DNA of 64,000 bases, taken from assembly GCA_965249275.1 (NCBI GenBank), contig CBDFLQ010000007.1, positions 320,001 to 384,000 of the forward strand, written 5' to 3'. Within the stretch, counting starts at the first letter, position 1, and each line of letters opens with the position of its first letter. This document shows, piece by piece, positions 1-8,871 of this stretch. This DNA is from Dehalococcoidia bacterium. Its GTDB lineage: Bacteria > Chloroflexota > Dehalococcoidia > Plut-88900. Both the position numbers and the translations under genes were made by a program. A model generated the notes under the pieces. The model searched no databases. It saw only the letters and a list, made by a program, of their open reading frames with translations, and was not told where the DNA came from.

Positions 1-1242
1 AACCACGGCCTGCGTGCCGATGCCTCTGACGCCGACGCCGATTTCGTTGCCTCTCAAACCGAGAGCCTCGGCCTCCCCTTTTCCACCGCCAAGGAATATG
101 TAAGGTCCCGTGCCAAGGGGCACAGCCGCTCTCTCGAAGAACAGGCCCGTGATGCGCGCTATGATTTCCTTGCCCGCGTCGCCGCCGAGCAAAATACCTC
201 CGGTGTCGCTGTCGCCCACACCGCCGACGACCAGGCCGAGACCGTCCTGATGCACCTGATAAGAGGGACCGGCCTCCGTGGTCTTAGGGGTATGTTCCCC
301 GTCGTGGAAACGCAATCGGTCTCCGGGCTGGACCTGAAGTTATTCCGCCCCTTGTTGTCGGTCTCCCGTCAACAGACCGAGGACTATTGCAGAACCTTGC
401 CCCTTGAACCTCGTATCGACCACACTAACCTCCTCCCGGAAACGTTGCGAAACCGGATCAGGCTCGAACTACTGCCCATGCTCGGGGAGTACAACCCCAG
501 GTTCTCCGATGCGCTCCTCCGCCTCGCCGATTCCGCCAACCTGGACCTCTCCTTCATCGAGTCCCGCGTCGCTGCGATATGGCCGGAGGCGGTGGAAGAG
601 ATGGCCGGAGGACTATCCATATCCCGCAGAAAGCTCTCAGATATACACCCCGCCTTGCGCCGTCGAGTCCTGTCGCAAGCCTTGGAGTCGGTGTCCGGTA
701 GCCCATTGGACATCGAAGGTGTCCACGTAAAATCGCTGGAGTCCCTGCTGACCGGAGACACTGGCTCCGAGCTTGACCTGCGCAAAGGCGTCCGAGCCTC
801 CCTGGGCTACGACCACCTCACCCTGACCAAGATCCCCACCCCACCCCCAACCCCCCTCCCCGAAGAAGAGCGGCCTATCACCGTACCCGGCAAAACTCTA
901 CTGCCTGGCTGGAAGATCACAGCCACCGTTGACGAAGCAACCTCTAGCGAATGGAATGCAGACCCATATTCCTCTCTCTTTGATATGGACAAAGTGTCGG
1001 GGCATATCACCGTGCGTCGCCGCCGAAACGGCGACCACTTCATCCCCATCGGCATGTCTGGCTCCAAAAAGCTCCAGGACTTCCTCACCGATGCCAAAGT
1101 CCCCAGAAATCACCGCGACTCCATACCCATTGTCCTCTCCGACGATAAAATTATCTGGGTTGTCGGCTACCGCCCCTCCAACCACGCCAAGCTCACCCCC
1201 ACCACCCGACACACTCTCCGGCTTGCCTTTGAGCCCGTCTAG
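1..1242 (+). CDS. tilS: tRNA(Ile)-lysidine synthetase, 5' end outside window
   Basis: Frame 1 is open from base 1 (NHGLR...AHTADDQAET), then RGTGLRGL, RNRIRLEL and C-terminal TilS_C motif SKKLQDFLTDAKVP..R. Confidence 0.93.
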   Translation, partial: NHGLRADASDADADFVASQTESLGLPFSTAKEYVRSRAKGHSRSLEEQARDARYDFLARVAAEQNTSGVAVAHTADDQAETVLMHLIRGTGLRGLRGMFPVVETQSVSGLDLKLFRPLLSVSRQQTEDYCRTLPLEPRIDHTNLLPETLRNRIRLELLPMLGEYNPRFSDALLRLADSANLDLSFIESRVAAIWPEAVEEMAGGLSISRRKLSDIHPALRRRVLSQALESVSGSPLDIEGVHVKSLESLLTGDTGSELDLRKGVRASLGYDHLTLTKIPTPPPTPLPEEERPITVPGKTLLPGWKITATVDEATSSEWNADPYSSLFDMDKVSGHITVRRRRNGDHFIPIGMSGSKKLQDFLTDAKVPRNHRDSIPIVLSDDKIIWVVGYRPSNHAKLTPTTRHTLRLAFEPV

Positions 1243-1262
1243 GAAGTGTGGATTAGACACTT

Positions 1263-1324
1263 CTTATTTGCGTTATTAGCCCATTACGATAATAAGCATT
1301 TATATAATTTTCATTCCCGAAAAT
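1263..1324. repeat. Composite palindromic element copy A (34-bp IR + 10 bp + 18-bp IR)
   Basis: CTTATTTGC-N16-GATAATAAG, then ATTTTC-N6-GAAAAT; same spacing as copies at 2687 and 2841. Confidence 0.85.
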
Positions 1325-1442
1325 AAAGGAGCGTACTGGTGCCCTAGGGTTTCGCCCAACGAGGCCACCGGAGCATCCCTGGCTTTTTTCTCACGGGTAA
1401 GGGGGTTATTTACAGAACGTACTCATCTGCATACATAGTTGT

Positions 1443-1476
1443 CTTATTTTCATTTAAATAGCATAATGCTAATAAC
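1443..1476. repeat. Partial copy D (34-bp IR only) in the Fic promoter region
   Basis: CTTATTTTC-N16-GCTAATAAC. Confidence 0.75.
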
Positions 1477-1496
1477 GTGTCTCTAAATTAGCGGCG

Positions 1497-2675
1497 TTGA
1501 AAGTAAGGAATCCTGTGACTCTAGTGTCTATAGGTAATCGTCAACCCAGCGGTCGCATGGTGAGGTGCATCGGCGGTTATCAGGCTTATGTGCCGGATCC
1601 TCTCCCACCTCCCATAGTATGGAATCAGAGACTCACCGTCGCGCTCTCATCCGCCGACCGTGCTATCGGCAAGCTTGCGGGTGAAGGACGGCGCTTGCTC
1701 AATCCTCATCTCTTGCTGCGGCCATTTGTCCGTAAGGAGGCTGTTCTCTCCAGCCGCATCGAGGGGACCCAGGCTACCCTCGGCGAGCTCTTGATTAAGG
1801 AGGCTGGTGCCACCGTGTATCGGACTCACTCCGATCTCAATGAGGTGGGCAACTACGTCGCTGCGCTCGAATACGGCCTGAATCGCCTCGAAACATTGCC
1901 CTTGTCCTTGCGCTTGGTTTGCGAAATGCACGAACGGCTCATGCGAGGGGTTCGGGGCGACATGGCCATGCCCGGCGAGTTCCGACGTAGCCAAAACTGG
2001 ATTGGTCCGCCCGGTTCTAATCTGAGCAACGCCACTTATGTTCCGCCGCCCGTTCCCGAACTCATGCCTTGCCTGGACTCTTGGGAGCGGTTCCTGCATG
2101 ACGAGGCCCTTCCGCCTCTGCTCCATGTCGCCCTCGCCCACTCTCAATTCGAGGCTATTCACCCTTTTATCGATGGCAATGGCCGGATAGGGCGGCTGCT
2201 TATCACGCTTTTGCTGGTATCGAGAGAGATTCTTCCATCTCCCCTTTTATACCTGAGCGCCTATTTCGAGGCGACCCGACAAGAGTATTATGCGCGACTC
2301 CAGGCGGTAACGGAAAAGGGGGAATGGGAGGAGTGGCTGGTCTATTTCCTCAGGGGCGTAGTCATCCAGTCAGAGGATGCTTTGGACCGGGTAAGGCGCA
2401 TCGACGAGTTGTTCGCTGGCTGGAAAAGGCTGCTTGCCGACGGAAGATCAAGGCTCCCCGAATCTGCACTCGAACTCTTCATCGAAAACCCCTTCTGGAC
2501 TATACAGAGGGTAGCCGAGAGGCTGAACGTTGCATTCACAACTGCCCAGCGCGCCATCGACAGGCTGGAGTCCGTAGGAATCGTCGCTCAGGTCGGAGAA
2601 GCGAGACGAAACAGGGTCTATTGTGCAGAGTCGGTCCTCAACGTTTTGGAGGAACCAACACCCCTCCCTACCTAG
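1497..2675 (+). CDS. Fic/DOC family protein (class II) with C-terminal HTH
   Basis: HPFIDGNGRIGR Fic motif; N-terminal inhibitory SSRIEG; C-terminal HTH-like IQRVAERLNVAFTTAQRAIDRL; start codon uncertain. Confidence 0.92.
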   Translation: MKVRNPVTLVSIGNRQPSGRMVRCIGGYQAYVPDPLPPPIVWNQRLTVALSSADRAIGKLAGEGRRLLNPHLLLRPFVRKEAVLSSRIEGTQATLGELLIKEAGATVYRTHSDLNEVGNYVAALEYGLNRLETLPLSLRLVCEMHERLMRGVRGDMAMPGEFRRSQNWIGPPGSNLSNATYVPPPVPELMPCLDSWERFLHDEALPPLLHVALAHSQFEAIHPFIDGNGRIGRLLITLLLVSREILPSPLLYLSAYFEATRQEYYARLQAVTEKGEWEEWLVYFLRGVVIQSEDALDRVRRIDELFAGWKRLLADGRSRLPESALELFIENPFWTIQRVAERLNVAFTTAQRAIDRLESVGIVAQVGEARRNRVYCAESVLNVLEEPTPLPT

Positions 2676-2686
2676 CCCCGACCACA

Positions 2687-2748
2687 CTTATTAGCTCAAT
2701 GTAGCCTTTATGCTAATAAGCATGCACGTAGTTTTGGTTTCGGAAAAT
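2687..2748. repeat. Composite palindromic element copy B
   Basis: Perfect CTTATTAGC-N16-GCTAATAAG, then GTTTTG-N6-GAAAAT; similarity to copy A continues for about 40 bp more. Confidence 0.85.
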
Positions 2749-2840
2749 ATGGGGCGTTCCAACACTCAGGGCTTCAGCCAGTAGGCCGAGCCCACCCTAC
2801 GACACCCTCTCCCCACCTAGCATCGGCAGCCAATACACCC

Positions 2841-2905
2841 CTTATTTGCACAATATGGCCTGAACGCTAATAACTATGTGGGCAATTTTCAAACCCGAAA
2901 ATAAG
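2841..2905. repeat. Composite palindromic element copy C
   Basis: CTTATTTGC-N16-GCTAATAAC, then ATTTTC-N6-GAAAATAAG. Confidence 0.85.
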
Positions 2906-2957
2906 TGCCCGCCTGCCGATGTAGAGCTTTTCTCCTAGCCTCTATTTTCATCCGTGT

Positions 2958-3701
2958 CTAGGCTAGAGCGGCTTCCACGAATTCCTTGTGTTTCTGGTAG
3001 CAGTACCGGCACACTGGTTTTGCCCGGCTAGTTTTCCAGCTCTTAGCGCACAGATGACAGTGTTTTTCTTCAAATTTATCGTTTTTGTATTTGTCCCAGC
3101 TTTTTAAGTGAGTCTCGCAGTAAGGTATCCCCGGGTTTGCTTTCAGCGGTCTTTTGCAGCGAAGACAGTAGCCCTCACTAGGCGAACCTGTGCTCAATTG
3201 GATTCCTTTAGTGCTTTGGCTGAATGCTAAATAGCCTGTGGAAGTTTCCTTGACTTTTTTGCTCTTCTTAGGGGCTTCCACCACCTCACTGATACGCTCT
3301 ATGTCTCTGGCTTCTTTGAGTATTTCTTCGTAGAGCTTCGGGTCATTCTCAAGAGAGACGCGAATTCCCATCTCTCGATTGTTCTCTTGAGAATACTCAT
3401 ATAAATTCATTGAAGTCAGGATTGCCTCTTTCTCGTTGAGGTAGCACTTGGCGTGTAGATTCTTGCAAAACTTTGTTTCAATCCATTCTATGGACTTCAG
3501 CCAGCTATCTTCTTCAGACTGCAGTTTCTTCTTTCCGTAAACAACAGTTACGCTTGTCAGGTGCCCCGTACCTTCAATACGCTTCTTAATGTCATCGTCA
3601 AATTTAAGGTAGGGACTAATGAGCAGAATACACTGCTCAGCGTTCCTGATGATGCTCTCTATCCCTGCTGTTGTGCTTTTCCGAGTCAGAAACTCCGCCA
3701 T
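2958..3701 (-). CDS. Phospholipase D-like (HKD nuclease) protein with C-terminal Cys/His zinc-finger region
   Basis: ISPYL, LHAKCYLNEKEAILTSMNL (HxK-x4-E variant), NREMGI; CLRC, CETH, CHLC, CRYC; more AT-rich than neighbours. Confidence 0.8.
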   Translation of the reverse strand: MAEFLTRKSTTAGIESIIRNAEQCILLISPYLKFDDDIKKRIEGTGHLTSVTVVYGKKKLQSEEDSWLKSIEWIETKFCKNLHAKCYLNEKEAILTSMNLYEYSQENNREMGIRVSLENDPKLYEEILKEARDIERISEVVEAPKKSKKVKETSTGYLAFSQSTKGIQLSTGSPSEGYCLRCKRPLKANPGIPYCETHLKSWDKYKNDKFEEKHCHLCAKSWKTSRAKPVCRYCYQKHKEFVEAALA

Positions 3702-3772
3702 TGCGCGCTTACTCCCCAGCCATAATACGAAACTTAGGCCGAATTGACGTATTTACTCACCACCCCACCCTC

Positions 3773-4813
3773 CTACAACACCCTCTTCAACTTCGGATTC
3801 TCAGTCAACCCCGGGATCCGACCCCGCTTCGCAATGGCTTTCCCGTCCACCTCATGAATATCTGCGGTGAAGTTGATGGGCCCGGCATTGCTGATATGTC
3901 CCCCCACCCCGAAGCTGTCCACCGGCGCATCATTCTCCCTGAAGTAGCGAATGCGCTCCGGGTCCAACCCCCCGCTCACGATCAGCCGTACCGAGTTGAA
4001 TCCTTCCAGGTCCAGCCGAGCCCGTATCTCCTTGACCAACTCCGCCGTCACCCTGCCCCGTTCCCACGGCGTATCCACCCTAACCCCGGCCAATCTCTCC
4101 CGCATCGCTCGGGCCACGCGCAGACTCTCCTCCGCTTCATCCTTGAAGGTGTCTACCAGCACTATTCTTGGCACTTCCGGACCCTGGCTCCGGTCGAAGG
4201 CTTCTGCCGCTTCCAATGTGTCTCCCATCACCAGGATCAGTGCATGGGGCATGGTCCCCGTAGGCGCGACTCCCGCCAGCGCCGCGCCGTCTATCGAGGC
4301 GCACCCCTGGCACCCGGCCAGCACCGCCGAGTACTCCATCCTTCCCGAGACCAGCGGGTGTACGTGCCTCGCCCCGAAGCTCACAACAGGAATACCCCCA
4401 GCCGCCTCCACACACTCCCGGGCCGCAGTAGCCCACCCTGTGCAGTGCGACAAAATCCCCAGCAGCGGCGTCTCGTACAGGCCGAAGGGTCTGTAGGGCG
4501 CCCGCACCCTCATCACCACCTCTTTTCGCTCTATCTCCGACCCCTCTTCGATGGCCTCCACTTCCCTGTCTTCGGGAGGCACCACTTCCTCAATCAGCTG
4601 AAGCGCTTCGTCTATGCCGCTCAGAATTCCAGGCTTACTGGGGAAAAACTCCACGGTGCATATCGGGTTCAGGCCCTCGGCTTCAAGAACTTGCTGAGCG
4701 CGCCGGAAGTAGATGTCCGTCGTCTCTCCGGACAAGACCCAGTCCGGAAGGGGAAATTTCGGGCGAGTCGCTGAGCCTAAGGAAGGTGGTAGATCATCTT
4801 GGGTAATAGCCAT
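3773..4813 (-). CDS. pncB: Nicotinate phosphoribosyltransferase
   Basis: TDIYF, SFGARH, GTMPHA, LVDTF, GVRVDT, SGGL motifs. Confidence 0.88.
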   Translation of the reverse strand: MAITQDDLPPSLGSATRPKFPLPDWVLSGETTDIYFRRAQQVLEAEGLNPICTVEFFPSKPGILSGIDEALQLIEEVVPPEDREVEAIEEGSEIERKEVVMRVRAPYRPFGLYETPLLGILSHCTGWATAARECVEAAGGIPVVSFGARHVHPLVSGRMEYSAVLAGCQGCASIDGAALAGVAPTGTMPHALILVMGDTLEAAEAFDRSQGPEVPRIVLVDTFKDEAEESLRVARAMRERLAGVRVDTPWERGRVTAELVKEIRARLDLEGFNSVRLIVSGGLDPERIRYFRENDAPVDSFGVGGHISNAGPINFTADIHEVDGKAIAKRGRIPGLTENPKLKRVL

Positions 4814-4835
4814 GAAATTTCAGGTTTCAGAGACT

Positions 4836-5372
4836 TCAGCTGACAGTCTGAGGCTGCACTACCCTGGCCCCGAGCACTTGCTCTATGTGATCGAGAGCAA
4901 ACCGATGCACTTCTTCAGAATAGCTGGCCACGGCATCCGCGGGCACCTCGACTTGGTAGTCTCGATTTCGGGCATCGGCCACCGTGTGCATGATGCAAAC
5001 GTTGGTGCAAACCCCGCACACGATGATCTTCTCGGGGTCCAGCGCCCTCAGCCTTTCATCGAGGTCGGTATTGAAGAAACCGCTGTACCGCTGCTTGGGT
5101 ATAACGTCCCCCTCAAAATCCACCAGTTCGGGGATTATCTCCGTCTCCGAGGTTCCCCGGACGCAGTGTTCGGGAAACATCTCAAACTCCAGGTCGTCGG
5201 GCTCGTGGTTGTCGCACAGGAAGATGATTTTGCTTCCCAGCCGAGACTCACGCTCTATCAGGTCTCGCACCACCGGAACAATACACCGCGCCGACTCCCC
5301 CGTGTAAAGATTGCCGCCCTCTTCGCAGAAACCCCGTACCATATCTACTACTAGTACTATGTTCGGCATCAC
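4836..5372 (-). CDS. pncA: Isochorismatase-family cysteine hydrolase, probable nicotinamidase
   Basis: VVDMVRGF, D.H, FPEHCVRG, K.RYSGF, GVCTNVC; adjacent to pncB. Confidence 0.8.
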   Translation of the reverse strand: MMPNIVLVVDMVRGFCEEGGNLYTGESARCIVPVVRDLIERESRLGSKIIFLCDNHEPDDLEFEMFPEHCVRGTSETEIIPELVDFEGDVIPKQRYSGFFNTDLDERLRALDPEKIIVCGVCTNVCIMHTVADARNRDYQVEVPADAVASYSEEVHRFALDHIEQVLGARVVQPQTVS

Positions 5373-5435
5373 ACACCTCCTTGCTAGACTGCAGTCTATC
5401 CTCCGGCAGGATGTTACCCCCGCCGAGGGATGGAT

Positions 5436-6179
5436 TCAAGGACGGGACTTGCTGACCCGGTTGCGAGGCTTGGGGATCCCACCCAAACGGAGCCTGAGCA
5501 GTCCCTGGAAATCCGCCCAGGCCGTGGAGAACACTCTGACTCGCGTGTCGGGATCGTCCACCCAATGCACGGGGACTTCCTTAACCCGGTACCCGTTCTT
5601 CTCGGCAAGTATCAGAAGTTCTGAGTCAAAGAACCACGCCTTGTCCCTGATCAAGGGAATTAGCTCGTTGGATGCCGTCTGACTTATCGCTTTGAATCCG
5701 CACTGGGCATCCGAAAAGTGGGTCCGGAACATGCATTTGATCAGCGTGTTGTAAGAACGGGAAATGAACTCTCGTTTCAGGCTCCTCTTCTCCACCCTGG
5801 AGCCTTTGGCTAGCCGGGTCCCGATGGCCACGTCAAACCCATCCTCAATGGACCCTATCAGCGCGGGCAGTGCATCCAACCGCGTCGAAAGGTCGACGTC
5901 CATGTAACACATCACGTCCGCCTTGCTATCCGTCCACGCCTTGAACAGTGCCCGCCCCCGACCCTTCTGATTGAGGTGCAGCAGAGACACCCGGCTGTCT
6001 TCGCTGGACAGTTTCTCGGCCACATCACGGGTGGAGTCGTTAGACCCGTTGTCCGCCACTACAATCCGCCATTCGCTGTTCGCCAATTCCCTCCGGGCAA
6101 ACTGGGATAAAGTAGCGATGCACTGGGGCAGCGCTGCCTCCTCGTTATAGACCGGAATGATTATGTCAATACTTCTCAA
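5436..6179 (-). CDS. GT2 glycosyltransferase (polyprenol-phosphate glucosyltransferase-like)
   Basis: IIPVYNEE, DNGSND, YMDVDLS, DAQCGFK, WFFDSELL. Confidence 0.88.
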   Translation of the reverse strand: MRSIDIIIPVYNEEAALPQCIATLSQFARRELANSEWRIVVADNGSNDSTRDVAEKLSSEDSRVSLLHLNQKGRGRALFKAWTDSKADVMCYMDVDLSTRLDALPALIGSIEDGFDVAIGTRLAKGSRVEKRSLKREFISRSYNTLIKCMFRTHFSDAQCGFKAISQTASNELIPLIRDKAWFFDSELLILAEKNGYRVKEVPVHWVDDPDTRVRVFSTAWADFQGLLRLRLGGIPKPRNRVSKSRP

Positions 6180-6224
6180 AGGGCCTTCTCCCGATTCAGA
6201 AAGGGTGATTTCTCCTTACCCGCC

Positions 6225-7754
6225 CTAATGCTTGAAGTGCCGTACTCCCGTGAACACCATCGCCATGCCTAGTTCATCCGCCGTATCAATGACCTCCTGG
6301 TCCCTTACCGATCCCCCCGGCTGCACCGCCGCAACCACCCCACCCCCCGCAGCCAGCTGTACGTTATCTGCAAACGGGAAGAACGCGTCGGAGGCCAACA
6401 CCGAACCTCTCGCTTTATCTTCTGCTGCTCTAAGGGCCAAGTGAACACTGTTCACCCGGTTCGGCTGCCCCGCCCCCATCCCGACCAACGCCATATCTTT
6501 AACAAGTACAATTGCGTTGGACTTCACGTGCTTTGCAGTCTTCCAGGCGAAAGCCAGGTCTTCCATCTCTCCAGGCGTCGGGCTGCGCTTGGTAACACAT
6601 TGCCAGGTTGAGGGGTCATCCCCACCCGAGTCCCGGGTCTGAACCAAATACCCTCCTTGAACTGTCTTCACATCCAAACTTGAACTGTCACTTCTCCCAA
6701 TACCCATCTCAAGTATTCGAAGATTCTTTCTCCTTTTGAGAAGGGCCAACGCTTCCTCTTCGAACGAGGGAGCAATGACGATCTCATAGAAGACCTTCGA
6801 GACCTCTTCTGCCGTCGCCAGGTCGATCTTCCGATTGCACGCCACAATGCCCCCGAACGCCGACACCGGGTCGCCTGCCAAGGCCCTCTTGTACGCCTCG
6901 GTGAGGTCTTCATGGCTGGCCAGGCCGCACGGGTTCATGTGCTTGATGACCGCCACCGCAGGCCCCTCGAAATCCGAGGCAGCACCCCACGCCGCATCCG
7001 CATCAGCAATGTTGTTGAAGGAAAGCTCTTTTCCCCAAAGCTGGTTCGCACCCGCAATCCCCCCACCCCGAGACATCGACCCCGCATAAAACGCACCCTG
7101 CTGGTGTGGGTTCTCGCCATAGCGCAGCCCCTGGGCCTTGGTCATGCCTATGGTCAGCTCATCGGGGAACGGGTCGCTCCCGTCTGACAGATAGTCGGCG
7201 ATGGCCGTGTCATATAGCGCAACGTGCCTGAACGCTTTTCGAGCCAGGTCCTTTCTGAGTTCGTGGTCAATAGTCCCATCCGCCAACCTTTGAGCTACCG
7301 CATCGTAGTCCCGGGGATCGACCACCACCAGCACGTGTGGGAAGTTCTTCGCCGAGGCCCGCACCAGCGTCGGCCCTCCTATATCGATATTCTCTAAAGC
7401 CTCCGCCAGGTCCACACCATCCCGACTGACAGTCTCCACGAACGGGTACAGGTTGACGACCACCATGTCTATCAGCCCGATTCCGTGCGACTCTAGTTGG
7501 CTCATGTGGTCCGGCACGTCCCGCCGAGCCAGTATCCCGCCGTGGACCGCCGGGTGCAGCGTCTTGACTCGACCGTCCAGGATTTCGGGGAAGCCCGTCA
7601 ACTCGGAAATGCTTTTGACCGGGGCCCCAGCCTCGGCGATGGCCTTCTTGGTGCCCCCCGTTGAGTAGATGTCGACACCCTGCTCAGCCAGCGCCCGGGC
7701 GAAAGGCCCTAGTCCCGTCTTGTCCGATACGCTGATTACCGCTCTCATATTCAC
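6225..7754 (-). CDS. purH: Bifunctional AICAR transformylase/IMP cyclohydrolase
   Basis: SVSDKTG, GRVKTLHP, LRYGENPHQ, SDAFFPF, RHFKH. Confidence 0.97.
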   Translation of the reverse strand: MNMRAVISVSDKTGLGPFARALAEQGVDIYSTGGTKKAIAEAGAPVKSISELTGFPEILDGRVKTLHPAVHGGILARRDVPDHMSQLESHGIGLIDMVVVNLYPFVETVSRDGVDLAEALENIDIGGPTLVRASAKNFPHVLVVVDPRDYDAVAQRLADGTIDHELRKDLARKAFRHVALYDTAIADYLSDGSDPFPDELTIGMTKAQGLRYGENPHQQGAFYAGSMSRGGGIAGANQLWGKELSFNNIADADAAWGAASDFEGPAVAVIKHMNPCGLASHEDLTEAYKRALAGDPVSAFGGIVACNRKIDLATAEEVSKVFYEIVIAPSFEEEALALLKRRKNLRILEMGIGRSDSSSLDVKTVQGGYLVQTRDSGGDDPSTWQCVTKRSPTPGEMEDLAFAWKTAKHVKSNAIVLVKDMALVGMGAGQPNRVNSVHLALRAAEDKARGSVLASDAFFPFADNVQLAAGGGVVAAVQPGGSVRDQEVIDTADELGMAMVFTGVRHFKH

Positions 7755-8770
7755 GATATGATCACCCGTTCCGGTCCGTCTCCCCTCACCACCTCCCCAA
7801 TCTCCACCGACCCCGGTATCTCCTGCAAAAGCACAGGTGTGTTCTCAGTTGACGTGGTAACCACCAACCCGATTCCCATGTTGAACACGTTGTACATCTC
7901 GTCATCGGAGACCTGACCCGCATTCTGTATCAGCCTGAAGACCGGCGGCGCCGCCCATGTGGAGGCATCAATCTGCGCCGTAAGTCCCTTGGGCAAGGCT
8001 CTCGGCACGTTCTCCCGAAACCCGCCGCCCGTTATGTGTGCCATCCCTTTGATTCTGTCTATCAGTCCCCCCACCACCCCGAGATAGCACCGGTGAGGCT
8101 CCAGAAGCTCTTCTCCCAGAGTCCGCTCCAGCTCCGGATAGAATCGTTCCAACTCCGATGGATCGTCGTCCAACCCGAAGGCCTTCCTAACTAGCGAAAA
8201 TCCATTAGTGTGCAGCCCCGAGGAAGGAATCCCGATGATAGCGTCCCCTTCATTGATCGCCGAGCCGTCGATTATCTCGTCCTTCTCCACCACCCCCACT
8301 ATGAATCCGGCCAGATCAAACTCCTTGCCGACGTATACTCCCGGCATTTCCGCCGTCTCCCCGCCTATGAGGACGCAGGCTGATTCCCGGCACGCCTTCG
8401 CCAGTCCTTCGACTAGGGAATCGGCCGCGTCGGCATCCAATTTGCCCATCGCAATATAATCCAGGAAGAAGAGAGGTTTCGCCCCGCCGACCAGTATGTC
8501 GTTGATACAGTGGTTGACCAGGTCCTGGCCCACCGTGTCGTACCGCCCGAGCATCGCTGCGATTCGAACCTTCGTCCCGACTCCGTCGGCGCTTGAAACA
8601 AGCACCGGATCCCGGTATTTCTCTAGGTGGTACAGCCCGCCGAAAAAGCCGATGTCTCCAAGCACGCGAGAGTTGAAGGTAGTCCTGGCGTGTCGGGAAA
8701 TCCGCTCCGTGGCCCGGGACGCGGTCGTTAGGTCGACCCCTGCAGCCTGGTATTTGCTGTCGATAGTCAT
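7751..8770 (-). CDS. purM: AIR synthetase
   Basis: YQAAGVD, DGVGTK, GGETAEMPG, SSGLHTNGFS, AHITGGG. Confidence 0.97.
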   Translation of the reverse strand: MTIDSKYQAAGVDLTTASRATERISRHARTTFNSRVLGDIGFFGGLYHLEKYRDPVLVSSADGVGTKVRIAAMLGRYDTVGQDLVNHCINDILVGGAKPLFFLDYIAMGKLDADAADSLVEGLAKACRESACVLIGGETAEMPGVYVGKEFDLAGFIVGVVEKDEIIDGSAINEGDAIIGIPSSGLHTNGFSLVRKAFGLDDDPSELERFYPELERTLGEELLEPHRCYLGVVGGLIDRIKGMAHITGGGFRENVPRALPKGLTAQIDASTWAAPPVFRLIQNAGQVSDDEMYNVFNMGIGLVVTTSTENTPVLLQEIPGSVEIGEVVRGDGPERVIIS

Positions 8771-8871
8771 GGGTAGGTCTCTGGCTTAGGCCGCGGGCAT
8801 GTCTCTCTAGTGGCGTACTGGAACAAGGACGCACCCTGGCGGATGCGTATCCGCAGGGTTCCGACGCTGGC

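Noticed and set aside
1263-2905. Integron attC cassette sites
   Set aside because: No RYYYAAC/GTTRRRY ends or long attC hairpin and no integrase; reported instead as a different repeat.
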